Positions 1 through 12,620 of a DNA stretch of 64,000 nt are shown one piece after another. The position numbers and the translations under genes were made by a program. Source of the DNA: Lophium mytilinum (taxonomy: Eukaryota). Position 1 is the stretch's first letter, and each line of letters opens with the position of its first letter. The DNA lies in NCBI GenBank assembly GCA_010093605.1, contig MU004190.1, forward strand, positions 434,001-498,000, written 5' to 3'. The notes beneath the pieces are model-generated. The model worked only from the letters and a program-made list of their open reading frames with translations. It was not told the origin of the DNA and searched no databases.

Positions 1-1743
1 CCTTCGGACCTCCCGTTTATATACCCCCCAACGAAGTCTCGGGATCATCGTCGGGCCGGAGAAGGAAGACATGTGACACCCGTGGCATCATTCCTCTCAC
101 CGCTTAACTCCGCTCTTCACATGAAGCGACACAGACCCAGCCAGCAGTTAGTGAAAAGTCACAGGACAGCCCGTGACCGCTTCCGTGTCGCCTTCTCCGG
201 CAAGGTATAAAACCTCCTACTCCCACTCTTTTCGAGGAAGCAGAGGAGTCCCAGGTTCTGGCGAGGACTGGAAAAAACGTCTTGTTGAACCTACTATGTG
301 GTAGTTGGGCCGGGGAAGAAGAGCCGAGACCAGTAGTTGCCTGATTGGATGTGTTGCCTCGCACTAGCGGAGGAGAGAATCAAAATAGGCCCCGCCACCA
401 TCCTGATGGTGTCGTGGGTTGGTGGTGGAAAGAGTCAAACCGACATGACTACTGGCTCATGTGGTACTCTGGTTGAAACTCGCTGCGACTGCGCCTCGCA
501 TGGGAGGGTCTCTTGAGTGGACTAGCTTCTCCATCACGTCAGTGCTAGTGATCATCTTAATTCACGGCAGCTGCTCTTCACCATTCCCTCCTATTCCTCA
601 CAGCCATCGCTCTCTACAAGCAGCGAAGATAATCGAGGACACTTTGAGATCTTCATCACCACCATCTCATACTCAGTCCCCGACACACCAGCACACCATG
701 CCTCTCCTCTGCTCTCCCTTTTGAACTCCCCCACATGGGATCGTAGGGTTGTATAAGCTGAACAACAGCTCCATAGGTGGGTGGAGGAGCACAGTTGCAC
801 AACTCCATCCCTAACGCACCACCATTGGGTGCAGCTCCACACTATGTTGATCCTCCATCCCATCGCTCCTCTTCCCAGCTACTCCATAAGAAACTGTCGT
901 CTCCGTTTTCTGATGCTGCAGAGATTCTGCTCCCAGCCATCATGCGCTTCTGCGGAGTCTTTTGATTCCCATTTCCGAAGACCTTCTACTCCCTGGTTTT
1001 GAGAAGAAGCGGAGAAGGACCAGTTTATATACCCCTTGACAGAAGTTTCGGGAAGAGATCGGGCCGGTGCACGTGAGGCACGTGCAAAAGATGATTAACT
1101 CCAATGATCATTCGGCTGGGGATAGCAAAGTTTACTGCTAAGCATATCAGATGGAATAGAAGTGTTCTCTGTAAATAGACAGAGCAAAAGAAGCAGCGCA
1201 GCCCAATATTCGATGAAACAAAGATATTCCCCGACTCGCCTCGCTCTCCCAAACCCGCACCCACCCCAATCCGTCCTAGCCTCTCGCTAAAAGCGGATAT
1301 CGTTCACCCGACGGGATTTCGGCAACAGGGACGCGATCCCGCGAAACCTTCCTCAATCGAAACAACGTGACCCCTCTGCCCTACGACCGACATCACAGCA
1401 TCACTGACATTGCAGATATTTCTTCTGAGATTGATACCTTGGTAAAATATCTCTGCGCTCTCACTACTACATCGGAACCATAGAGTACCCTCCGGCCCCC
1501 ATCATTCCATGATACGGATAAGAAAGACAAAAAACAGGCGATGCGACACATATGTCTCGCTCGCAGAGCTAAAACGCCAGAAAAAGACATGAAGACATCG
1601 AAATGAGGAAAATAAAAAACTGATACTACTCCGTACGCGACAAGCCGCTAGAAATACTTACGCCATCATGAACGCGTCTTAGGATATTTTTCCTTTGCGC
1701 GCTGCACCCACACCTAGTTCCTCGTCGATTATGAGAGACACGC

Positions 1744-2789
1744 TCACTTCGTGATTACGCCTAGGTAGTCCGCCACGATGAGTGTCACCATGCTACAGGT
1801 CGATCAGTGTCATTTCTTGAGATGAGGAAGAGGAGGGAAAAGGAAAGGGAAACTTACGCATGCGGCGCAATCCTAACATAATACGTCCCAAACCCGCGAT
1901 AGAACCTCAACAGGCCCTCCTCCTTCGCCACCTTCTTGAAGCAATCCATCATCCCCCGATACGGCAGCGAGCCATCCGCGCCCCGCGTCTGCTTCTGCAA
2001 CCTCGTCTTCACGAAATCAAACGGCAGACTGAAGAACGACGCAAAGAACCCCGCCACCGCACTCGCCGACAGCGTCTGCTGCGTCGCGCTCAGCGATGTC
2101 CCCTTCAACCGCGTCTTCGCCTCAGAGAAGAACGCCAGCTGCCCGAAATTCAGCGCCATCGCTCTCGCGACGGTTGGATATGCGCCGGCCCACAGCCGCA
2201 TTATGCCCTCCTGCTTCGCTATCCGAGCGAGCGCGTCGACGACGGAGGTGTAGTTTGCGCGGGCAGCAGCGGGCTTGAGGCCGTCGGACTGCATACGGAT
2301 AAGGGCGAGGTCGGCGGGGTTGCCGACGACAGCTGCGAGACCGCCTGCGGCGAGACCGGCACCTGCTCGCTCCTTGAAGCCGATCTTGTTGCCCTTTGCC
2401 TCGGCAGAGGCGGTCATGGACTTCATGAAGGTGTCGAAGAAGCCGATGCGCGCGGTGGTGTAGACGGCTTGACGTAGGAGGCCGGCAGAGAGACCGGTGT
2501 ACAAGTCCATTGCTTTGCCGGAGCGGACGATGTCTCTGACGACGGAGATCGGGGTAGGTTTGGGGCCCGTCTTGACGCCCTCGCCGGCGAGCTGGAGCCG
2601 GACTTTTACCATGTCGATGGGCTGGATTGCTGTGGTAGCCGTCATGCCTGCGAGACCGCCATTGATGAAGGGGAGGGTGGCCCGCATGAAGGGGGTGTGG
2701 AGGAGGTCGGTGGTGGCTTTCTTTGGGTTTTCGGTGGCCGCCGTCATGATGCTTTCGGCGTCGCTGAGGGGGCTTTTGGTGGCGGGCAT
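1744..2789 (-). CDS. Mitochondrial carrier, 2-oxoglutarate/malate (OGC/dicarboxylate) carrier type
   Basis: Three Px[D/E]xx[K/R]xR[L/M]Q-type carrier signatures (PIDMVKVRLQ, PADLALIRMQ, PFDFVKTRLQ) and GLSAGLLRQAVYTTARIG. Intron 1793-1857 (GTAAGT..TAG), then a last exon MVTLIVADYLGVITK*. Confidence 0.93.
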
Positions 2790-5700
2790 AGTGAGGGGTG
2801 GAGGGTGATGGTTGAGGGTTGAGATTGAGGGTTGGGAGATGGAGTCTGGTCAATGGAGACGCAGAGCAGAAAAGAGGAGGAAATCAAAGAGGGTTGAAGC
2901 TGGAGAGAGTGGAGATTTTTGGGCTATGTGGTTTCGAGGTCACTAGCGGTCAGTCAGTCCAGAATCAGCAACAGCATAGCCAACTGGAAGCAGCGATGAG
3001 CAAATGAGCAAAGGGCAGGAGCGATGACGCCCCGGGCGCCGGCGTGCTATAAGGGTCGGGCTCTCCAGCAGCAGCCATCTCTGCTGGAATCGGAGCATGT
3101 TGGGATCTCAGGGCTGCTGGTACAGATGCCCCATTGCTCCAGGACGACATCCGACGGCCGTCCGAGGGTATTGTTTAGGTTGGGATGAGAAGAGCCCTAC
3201 CTGACAAGCAGCACGGCCGGCTTGGCCCCGACGCTGCTGTAGAGCGCGGCCGTGGGCGATATCGGTTACCGCGAGTGGGTCTGTGGCGTGCGGGAGTCTA
3301 TGCTGAGTATGGGGCCCAAAGCAGACTGATATTGAAGCAACGCCTTCCAGCGGCTCATGAGGTGAGGTTCAGACAACAAGACGGCGGGAAAGGCACGATT
3401 GCGAGGCCTCTCCCCGCCTCTGGTGCCTCTGGTCCGCCATCAGCCCGTCTCGTGCTTTGTACCATTGTACACATGCGGGGAAGCTCTCCTCGTTGGCTGC
3501 CCACCACCTCCATCCCCTCTGCCCTCTGACGACTGCTGGGAGGGTTTGCGTTGCAGCCCAATAGCATTGCGCCTTTTACAATAGCACTTTGGTCACCCTA
3601 TGTCACACCAGCTGCATATTCGGCCATGGAACGGAGCGCACCCTCGGCCCGCCGTTCCTGAGGCTGTCCTGAGCTACACATTGCAAACAGCCTCTGTTAC
3701 TGGGCGGCTTTGTTGATCGCAACCAATCTAACGCGTGTCGCAATCCCAGAGGCCCATCCTCAAGCTTGAGGCATGAAGTTGATATCAAAACCACACAGTT
3801 GCATCTCGAAATAACACAACACACAGCATTCACCGTCCAGCGGGGTCCATCCGAACAGCTCCCACTGGCGGGGTCTCTTATCGCCCTTATCGCCGCGGCT
3901 AAACCTGCCTCCCAACGCCACAGGACATGCCTCACCTCAACACCACGGAGCTTAACCCGCTCAACAACATCCCATATGCATCCAAAATCCCATACCTCTC
4001 CCGCCCGGCTCTCCCACCCCCGAGCATCTCACCAGCTCTCACCGCAGCAACGACCTACATTAGCCTCGGGTGCATCCTCCCCAGCACGCGCCCTGCCCTG
4101 CCCCCATCACCGCTTTCCCACGGTCCAACCTCCAGCACAAGCGCATGCATGCAAGCTCGGCAACACCGCCTCCTTACCCAAGGCCCGAGCGCGCTGCTCA
4201 CCCTCAACGCCTGCGCAGGTGGCGCCTGGGACCCCAAAGCCGAAGCTTTTTGCTGTACCTGCGGCCGGCGGCTGGGACGTGTGGCTTGACGATCCACCCG
4301 AAGATGGGTACGGAGGTACATGTCTCGGATACCCGATTTCATTCGCTCCTCAACAACCAGCAAAAATAAAAACGGTTTTCTTTTTCGGACGCACTGTTTC
4401 AGGGCCAATTGAGCCGCGCAAATGCGCGGCGGGAGATTGGAATCTCTGTGCGTGGCGATTGTAGATACCCGACACCGCGTCCGCGGCCGGGAATTGGGGA
4501 CGGTGAGTTCGGGATGGAGTCTCGGGGGATGGGTCGGGGTTAGCCCGGGTGTTGTTGAGGCGCGGGTAAGTTGGGAGGTGGGAAGTTGCTTCTTTGAGGT
4601 GGAGAAGGTGAAAGGTGGGTTGTTTGGCTGCGAGATAGGGATATATGTGATGTTGAGGTTTAATATCTCGAAGGGGCGAACGGTGATGGAAAAGGGGAGA
4701 TCCTCGGGAATTCAATCCTCTCTATCTTTAGACACAGAATATGTACTTGAACATAGTCAATCATTCATAGAGTATGTCTCTCCTCTCAACCATCGCACAA
4801 CCTAACGAAGCTCAATTCACATTTCTATGTTGTAGCACACACGTGATCGGCACCCAATTCATTTTCTTCAAGGCCAAACTTTTCTCCGATCCGCTCAATC
4901 TTTTTTCTGCGAGGAGTATATAAACTCTTCTCTGCTCGTTTCAATGTTCTTCAACAGGATTGCGGTTATGGGTCTATCAACAGGGAAGTACCATGACAAG
5001 TATGGCTTGAGTGTGGGAGCGGCAGCAACCAACCTCGCCATATTTCCTCATGGTGCGGAGCAGGCGTGTCGCTCAACCTGGCTGGTATCAATGATGAAAG
5101 GTGCGTGTCAACTCTAGACACAGTGAGAGTCCATGGTGCGGAGGTGTCGGCATAGTCGTCGGCACCTGGCACGTACATCTTACGATGATGATCTTCACCA
5201 TCTCTCTTTTATATAAGTAGGAGGGCTATCTTCCATCAGCTCTAACGCCAACCTGTTCACGAAGATGCTGCCTGATATTATTGGGGTGAAGTGGTGGGCA
5301 TCATCATGCTACACCGTTGTGCTGATTCCGCCGCACTCCTCTCCTCCAACTCCATGATATGTTGAAGTTAACGTTTTGATACAGGCAGGCCCGCCCATGG
5401 GTCGTCACCCCGCGAATGTTTAAACTCCTTAGGATCCCACGAACTATAGTGCTTGAACAGGACCCGTCCTCCTCCATGAAGGGGAGAGGATAGCAGAAGG
5501 AGGAGGTATTTATACGGGAAGGCAGAAAGGCGCGCAGACATTGCACGTGATACTCATCTCCTTGGTCATGCACCATTGCTGCATCGTTGGTATCAGCAAT
5601 CAATGCGGTAGCAAACTTGGGTCCATTCCTGTATATTAGCTCGTCTTCCGCCTAATATCAGACGCTACGGCCTGCATTCAACAGCTTCAACTCCAGAACA

Positions 5701-6203
5701 ACATCACGCACACATCACACACCCGTCACCCATTCACTCATATTATCATGAAAACAATTCCGTACCACCAATCAGTCATTCATCCCCCTATCAAAGCGCA
5801 CCATAAAGGTGCAATAGTACAACGGAGCTCCGCAACCCAGCTGTACAACAGCCAGACGCATGCGTCCAGAAAAGAAAAGCAACCCAACGCCACAGTAGTA
5901 GTTCATCAAAGTCCCGTAACCAGCCTTCAGCCAGCCAGATACTTCGCTCAGAACCAAAAGCCCACAGTTCATGGTATCAATCACCATACTCCGTTGCTCC
6001 GCCCAACCTCAGAAGTGCCGTACGAAAGCACATATTGCCTCCTCCATAAGAGGATGCACAAGGAAAGGGAAGGTGCAGTTGTAGGAAAGAAACATGCTCG
6101 TGCAAACACGTACCTTGTTACCCAATTCCATTCACATCAGTCCAAGACTATACTCCAAGCCTCAGCAATCATTCGTCCAAGCTAGTCAAGCCCCTTGGCC
6201 AGC

Positions 6204-8883
6204 CTATGCGACTCCATTCCTTGCCAAGTGCTGCTGCAACATGGTCATATCCGTCCTGGCAGCCGGCTCGGCGTCCATAATCGCTCTCAGGCTCCGCATC
6301 TGGATCTCCCCGATATCAGGCTGCTGCAGCATCGTAATCGTAACCGGCGCATCGATGTACGGGCCGAAGATGTCGACAGCGAGACGATTGGCGTGATGGG
6401 GTGGTGGGCCAAAAGACTGCATGGCGGGCGGGTAGGGACTGCCGTAGTTGCCGCCAGGGGGAAAGTTGGCGTTGGCGTTGGGCGGGAATTGAGGGTGAGC
6501 GCCTGGCATCGGGGACATCTGGGGCGGAGCGTTTGGAGCAGCACCCATGGGGTGAGTGTAGGTGCCGTCAGCGATTGGGTGGCCGCCTGGTGTCGCATTT
6601 GGCGACTGCGTGCGCGCGATGAGGGCGAGGAGGAGCAGGTTCTCTGAGCGTGGCGTCTCAATCGTGCAGTATTCGAGCATGTCGAGGAATGGGGGGAGAG
6701 ATCCGCCGCCGGCTGGAACGGGTACAACGTAGAGATCACGCGCGGCTTCGTGGCCAAGCTTGTCGGACGGAACGACACCCCATCGGCCTCGAGAATGGAA
6801 GTACTCGAAGAGGCGGTCGAGACGAGCGCGGCCGTCTGCGTTGACGGGGCTGACAGATAGTACGGCTACATCGCTGGTTGCGCTTCCTCGCATGCCTGCG
6901 ACGTATTCATCTCCTTTTTCGTAGTCGATGCGGCCGGTGATTGTGATGTCAGCAGGGAGCATCTGGGTCCAGGGTATTTTTTGGCCAACGTCAGCGCCAG
7001 CAACCAGACGTGCGACGGCTTGGAAGGGGCCGGCAGCGGGCATGTTGATAGAACCCTGCCAGCAGATGGTGGTATCGCCACTGTATCCAAAAGACTTGAA
7101 GTGAGAATCGTCGTCGTCCTCATCTTTGAGAAGTCGATCGATATCGGCGTCGTCTCCGGGGCCCTGTGGTTGTTGCTGTACTTGCGCAATCGAGCTCTGG
7201 CGGCGGTGCAAGGTCTGCGTTGCCTCATCGGGAGAGCGAGCGTGTTCCCAGATTTTCTTAACGTCGAACGCGGATGACGGGTGGCGTGCAGCTGCACCAG
7301 ACGGGGAGGCTGCTGAGGTATCGACTGCGAGCGGAATGGATCTACCAATGTCCTCCGGCAGCTCCACCTGCATTGGGCTTCCATCCCTAGGAGATTCATC
7401 ACCACCTGCTGTGTGGTCGGTCTGCATGCTTTCCCGGTGGTGCCTCTCTGGAACTGAGAAAGACTCATCGCCTCTGTGGGGACGCTCGTCGTCCTCAATC
7501 AGCTCCTCTCCCTTGTGGGTCTTCCGCACCCTAGGGCCCTTCTCTTCTGTGAGCACCACTTGTTTGTCGTTTTCCTCTCGTAAAGCAGCATATTCCCGCT
7601 GTTTGTCCTCGCTTGCCATCTCCTCAGACGACATAACCGTGAGCTCGTTGGCGGCAAGCGATCCCGACAGCAGGCGGTCTAGCAGCAGCAAGTTCTTGTC
7701 CATATTGAACATGATCGATCGGGTTTTTAGTGTGTATGCAGAGTCGTTGCCTTTCGGGGGTCCATGGTTCGCTACCATGGCATGATCAATATCCATCGCG
7801 AGCCTATTGCCCAAGGTAACTGTCGTGTCGCCGTCAGGGATTCTATATTTGCGTGCTTGGACAGCGTCCCTAATCTTTGGCGCCAGGTATTTGGTAACGA
7901 CCTCAACCATCTGTTTCCTATTTGCTGGAAGCGCTGCTGGGTCGGTAGCTGCTGGTCCAGTGGCGTCCGCAGTCTTGCCCTGCTTGGAGCTTGACTTGCG
8001 CCGCTTGGTGTCCATTCCATCCTTCTCCGACACTGTCTCCCTCCTACGCTTCTCTCCGACTGGTGATTTAGGCTGAGTGGATTGTGTGCCAATTTTTGTG
8101 TCAGGTTTCGACGGTTGCTGTGGTATCCCGTTAGTGAATATTCTATTAAGGGTGTGGGATATGTGCCTTTGCTTCTGCCTTGATCGCCTTTACCGGTAGG
8201 TCGTGGCCGTTGGAGTCCTCCTTTGGCGGTTCAGCACTCGAAGTAGGGGGAGCAGCAGCAACGGCCGTGGGCGCTTGCTGAGAGACTGGGCTGCTGGTAT
8301 CGGCCTTGGAGTCCATTTCCGACCACACATCACTGGGTCGCAGCTTGCCTTTGGCGCCTTTCTTGCGGTTCCAGGGCTTCTCGCCGCGAGCCATGGCCTC
8401 GAGAAGCGCGGCATGAAGCTCGGGCTTGCATTGCTCGCAATAGTAGGTTCGCGACTCCCACTCGGGGCCTTCGCTGAGTCCAAGGCACTTGACATGCTGC
8501 CAGACATCGCACATCTCGCACGCAATCATCTGTCTGCCCTTGATGTCCCTCTGCACCCCACAGACGCACCGGATGACGGCATCATCTTCTTCCTCCTGCT
8601 GTTCGGGAGTTTGTGCGGACACGGAGCGCGCGGGTGTTGATTTGGCTCCAGTCGATTTGGCCTTGGGAGCAGCGGTGGGCTTTGTCTTTGCAGCCGGGGA
8701 CGCCTCGTCGAAATCATCTAGGTTCTTGGTATGATGGCCCTTGTTGGCGCGGCCAGACCGACGTGGTTCGAGATCTATGGAGTGAACATGTTAGCATGAC
8801 CGGTAGGTATGCGGCAGCGTCCGTGGGGTGTGAGACCCCGCCATGGCGCTCCCGTGGTTGAGGTCGTTCTGCTTACCAGCCAT
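6204..8883 (-). CDS. BYE1: Transcription factor Bye1 (PHD finger + TFIIS central domain + SPOC)
   Basis: Spliced N-terminus MADLEPRRSGRANKGHHTK, PHD finger (IRCVCG...MIACEMCDVWQHVKC...YYCEQC), TFIIS-M-like segment (RSIMFNMDKN...MSSEEMAS) and SPOC-like segment (WQGSINM...ITGRID...DLYVVP). Introns at ~8777-8876 and 8118-8193. Confidence 0.9.
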
Positions 8884-9544
8884 AATGATCAGACGTAGGA
8901 AGGGTCTCAGCGGGCGACGGGTGGCGACAGTTCAGTATTCAGATGGTGCAGGGCTTCACGACTCTATCACAGGTTCTGAAGCGCAAACGATATTGCCGTA
9001 CAAAACGGTATGCGGGCCTCAGCAGAAGATAACTAGACAAGCTTCCGAGCTGCAATCAACCTCCACCGTCTCCGCCTGTTGCCGACTGAAGTGGAAAGCT
9101 CAGATGGAACCAGGCCGAATGTCCTTGCCGTCACAACAATTCCTCCGAAGTAGCGCGTTACCTCGGTGAGCGCGAGGAGCGCGAAGATGAGTGGAAGGGT
9201 CGCAGAAGGGCGCAGAAGAGCCTCGCGCTGTGGAGTGAGGTTAGGTGCTGATGAGGCCGTTGCGCGACGTGCTGTGTTGATGAAGAGGTGACTGGAAGAA
9301 TGCAGGTGCGGAGCGAGGTGGGTTTTATAGTGGCTTGGCGCTGCATCACGTGGTCTGCATTGCGGAACTTGCCGATTCCGCAGGGCAGGGGTGAAGAACT
9401 ACGCGCCCCCCCAGTAAGTGCACTGCGTTTCGCCTGGGGTTGTACATCTTCACTCCACGTACTACGCTTCACATCACACACTACGCCTCAAGTACTCTCG
9501 AGCCTTCAAATCACTTATCTTGCGCACTATATCTCTCAGCTCCC

Positions 9545-10309
9545 ATGGCAGACGTTCGATCCCTCCTCCGCCAGGAGCGCGCAGCCCGCCAACAAGCCAC
9601 CAAACCCGCGCGCCCAACACGAACCTCAGCAGCCCCAGCTACGGCGCCTATGGGAAAGAAGCGGAAGGCCGTCGATGATGAACCGGAAACACGCAAACGG
9701 ACGAAGGCAGAAGAGGACACCGGGGTACCATCTGGCTTCTTCGATGGAGGCGCAATAGATGAGGCGCAAGCTGCTTCTCCGACGGAAGAGCGAGACCTAC
9801 GAACAGACGCCAGGGAGCAAACACTCGAACCATCCGAACCCCCAGCGGTACTTGTTGCAGACGAGCCAGCCCCAGTCGTGGACGAGGTGGATGAGGAGCT
9901 ATGGGCCGCCTTCGAGCGAGACGTCGCCACACCACCACCAGAGAGACACAATGTACCGGCACTTGCCGCCGCAGCCACCATCCAGGCAGCGCCTATGTCA
10001 GCGGCTGAATTAGCAGCGCAAGCGAGGGAGGACATGAGTGCGCAGCGAGGCAGAAGGGACGCCGAGATCGAGGCAGAGAAGGAGGATGCTGCTCGACAAC
10101 TGGAGGACGAATTTGATGAGATGGAGAGCTGGGAAGAGAGAGCTAGGAAGCTGAGGGAGAAGCGAGAGGCGTTACGGAAGGCTCGCGATCTATCTGCGCC
10201 CCCGGTACAGGAGATCGTTGCTGAGCCGCCGGAGGCCAGCGAGGATGAGGAGAGTGAGGATGATTTCGAGGAGGATGGGTGGGGTGACTGGGGGGTTAGA
10301 GCTGCATGA
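9545..10309 (+). CDS. ZNF830/CCDC16-like coiled-coil protein
   Basis: MADVRSLLRQER start, VPSGFFD motif, VDEELWAAFERDV, C-terminal coiled coil and acidic tail ending in W-x-x-W. Family recognised from memory. Confidence 0.7.
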   Translation: MADVRSLLRQERAARQQATKPARPTRTSAAPATAPMGKKRKAVDDEPETRKRTKAEEDTGVPSGFFDGGAIDEAQAASPTEERDLRTDAREQTLEPSEPPAVLVADEPAPVVDEVDEELWAAFERDVATPPPERHNVPALAAAATIQAAPMSAAELAAQAREDMSAQRGRRDAEIEAEKEDAARQLEDEFDEMESWEERARKLREKREALRKARDLSAPPVQEIVAEPPEASEDEESEDDFEEDGWGDWGVRAA

Positions 10310-11080
10310 GTTTGAGGACCAGAGAGCTTGGGAGGCAAGTTGGTAGGTCACCCATTGTGGACATCGCCATAGTCCGCTTGTATATTACCCCAAAATACCT
10401 AACCTGTGCATACGTTGCACAGTAAGACAGTCTTAATTTCGCTTGCTTGTTCGCACATGATGAATTAGAAAGACTGCACGTCCTGCGACTCAAAATATGC
10501 ACTTCGTTTATCTAACAGGTTATGAAATGCCTATGATCAAGAGGCTATGCAAGTTGATAGACTGTGACTCCCGTACTAGCGATTGCGGAGATGTTTTCCT
10601 AATGTTTATAGTATAGCACGTGAATAGAAGACGTCGTAGTGGATGGAGGAAACTCGCAGGTGACATCCAATGAACTGCTTTAGCTCACACGTTACCTCTA
10701 GCTTCCGGTTGCATTTTGATGGGCACGTAATCTTTACGTGACTTATCCAAATTCGTCCACTATAGGGTATGAAAGCGCCAGTCTCCGCTTCTAGAGTTTT
10801 TAGTGCGTTCGTCGTGGGTTAAGATTGAAATACCATCTAGGCAGTTCTTTAATATAAAGAAAGCTGTAGTATATATAAAGAAGTTATTAAGAATAATAAA
10901 GGACTTAAAGTGGTGTTGCAAATTACGAGATTACGAATTGATCATCTTGAGCAGCGGCGAGGCGGGGAAGGTTCTCAAGTGAGATCGCAGTGACAGCGAT
11001 TAGATTACCTGTGATCGAGAGATTTTGTGGCCCGAGCACTTTTTAAGGTTATATATGTCATAAAGTTTCTTGCCTTCCTC

Positions 11081-11181
11081 AAATTACAGCGGCTTGCGAT
11101 GTGCTCTAGTGAAGCCAACTAAGAGGGGCTATCTCACCGGGGCCTCCTTCCCTTACCACCCCCGAGGTGGATGTAATTTTT
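11081..11181 (+). ncRNA. Putative Pol III-transcribed ~100-nt structured RNA, copy 1 (family unknown)
   Basis: 11070-11182 is 112/113 identical to 42440-42552. Ends AAATTACA/TGTAATTT are complementary, with three internal hairpins, a T5 run, TATATA at 11050 and a B-box GAGTTCGAATC downstream. Confidence 0.6.
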
Positions 11182-11188
11182 GCCCCCG

Positions 11189-11216
11189 AGCTTGAGTTCG
11201 AATCGCACATGTGCCA
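11189..11216 (+). promoter_or_regulatory. Downstream Pol III B-box / tRNA 3'-half-like remnant
   Basis: AGCTTGAGTTCGAATC (16 nt, identical in copy 2) contains the GTTCRANY B-box core and is followed by TGTGCCA. Confidence 0.6.
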
Positions 11217-12620
11217 ACTTTTCTTTTTTGTGACATCATTCTTTTTGTCTACATGCTCCAGCTCCGTTCTCTTTATCGTTTGCTAGGATTTGGTTTATCT
11301 CTCGGTAAATAGGCGTCGAAACCTGATCTTTGTTACGGCAGCGCATAGTTACGGCTAGAGGCACTTACAAGTATTGGCGAAAAATAGAGAGCAGTGCAAC
11401 AGGATACCTTCTAGCACCGTCCTGATATCCTTTTGGTACTTTGTCACGCATTAGGCCTTCCGACCGCTTTCCTCGGTACGCGTAGAAGTCAATTGTCTCC
11501 AACTTTCCCACCTTAATACTTCCCTAGTCTCCCAAAAATGCGCTATTGTGAACTGGAAAGTTTTCTGCTCTATGAATTATTGCAAGAATCTCTTACCTAT
11601 ATCTCGGTCCAGTACAAGATGTGCTAGTGCAAATTGGGGGAGTAAATCAATGACAAGTATCTAGAGGGTCTTTAGTAGTAGTACCGCCGTTATATTCCTA
11701 CTAAATTAAGCAAATGTGAACTTGAGTATTTAGGATATAACTATCCTTCCTGTCAATGGCTTACTTGTACTGCTTTAGATCGAGCTAGGCTAAAATAGAG
11801 TGAAGAGTGCTGTGTGGGGGACGTGAAAACGTTTCAGGGGGATGTGAATTGTGGCGAAGTCCCAGCATTCCAGCTCGAATCCATTGACTTGATGGAAAAT
11901 TGGCAGCTCTTACGTTACTACTACACATGTAAAGTGTGATGCTCCCAGAGCAGGCTCTATAACAACGACTTCGTAGATAAAGGGGCCCTTTTTTGAACTA
12001 AGTCCGAGAAGCGGAAACCTCGTAATTTTTCGCCTACTTAGCGTTGTTAGACTCTGAGCAAAACTTAAGGTACCTAGAAAAGCGTCTCATACGTGCCATT
12101 GTTTAGAAGAGCATGCTCGCCGGTGAACGCGAGCCCGATGGCAAAGTCGTCCATTCTGGCATCACGGCACAACATCGCGCAAGAGGAGGCTGAGGTTGCT
12201 CCACGCGTACGAATCGCCACAGCACCAAATGTCAGCAGTAGGTACAGTAGTCCGTCGCTCCATTGGCGTGACAAAGTAGTAACTAGTTGTGGTATCTGTT
12301 GGTGAAAGTACAATTACACACAGGGCCTCTGAACCTTATCCACCAGCGGCACTCGAGGATCTATTCTTCGCCTGTTAAAGGTTGCTAGATCTGAGAAAGC
12401 AGACTAGTGATGAGGTTGAATATTTTGCGATTCTTTGCGTAGAGGACGGTGTAGCTGCCGCGCAAGTCCGTCGTGGACAGCGAAACTCAGCCACACCCGC
12501 GTCATCCGAAATGGAACGAACTTCACCAGCCTTCTCCAGCTCACCCCTCCCCCATATTCTACCTAAACACCACCGCTCGCGGCCACCTGCATCCACACAG
12601 CCGCTTTCACAACCTCCACC

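Noticed and set aside
1..1600. Short ORFs at the window start, and at ~4960-5650
   Set aside because: No identifiable homology or coherent splice model; may be decayed gene fragments but cannot be supported.
11070..11216. Duplicated element as tRNA, 5S rRNA or spliceosomal snRNA
   Set aside because: No D-arm/anticodon cloverleaf joined to the T-arm, and a T5 run intervenes. It lacks 5S loop C/E motifs, U1 ACUUACC, U2 GUAGUA, U5 GCCUUUUAC, U6 ACAGAGA and U4-type U6 complementarity.
10700..11900. AT/TpA-rich patches as RIP-mutated transposon
   Set aside because: Composition is suggestive, but no transposase/RT remnants, LTRs or TIRs could be identified.
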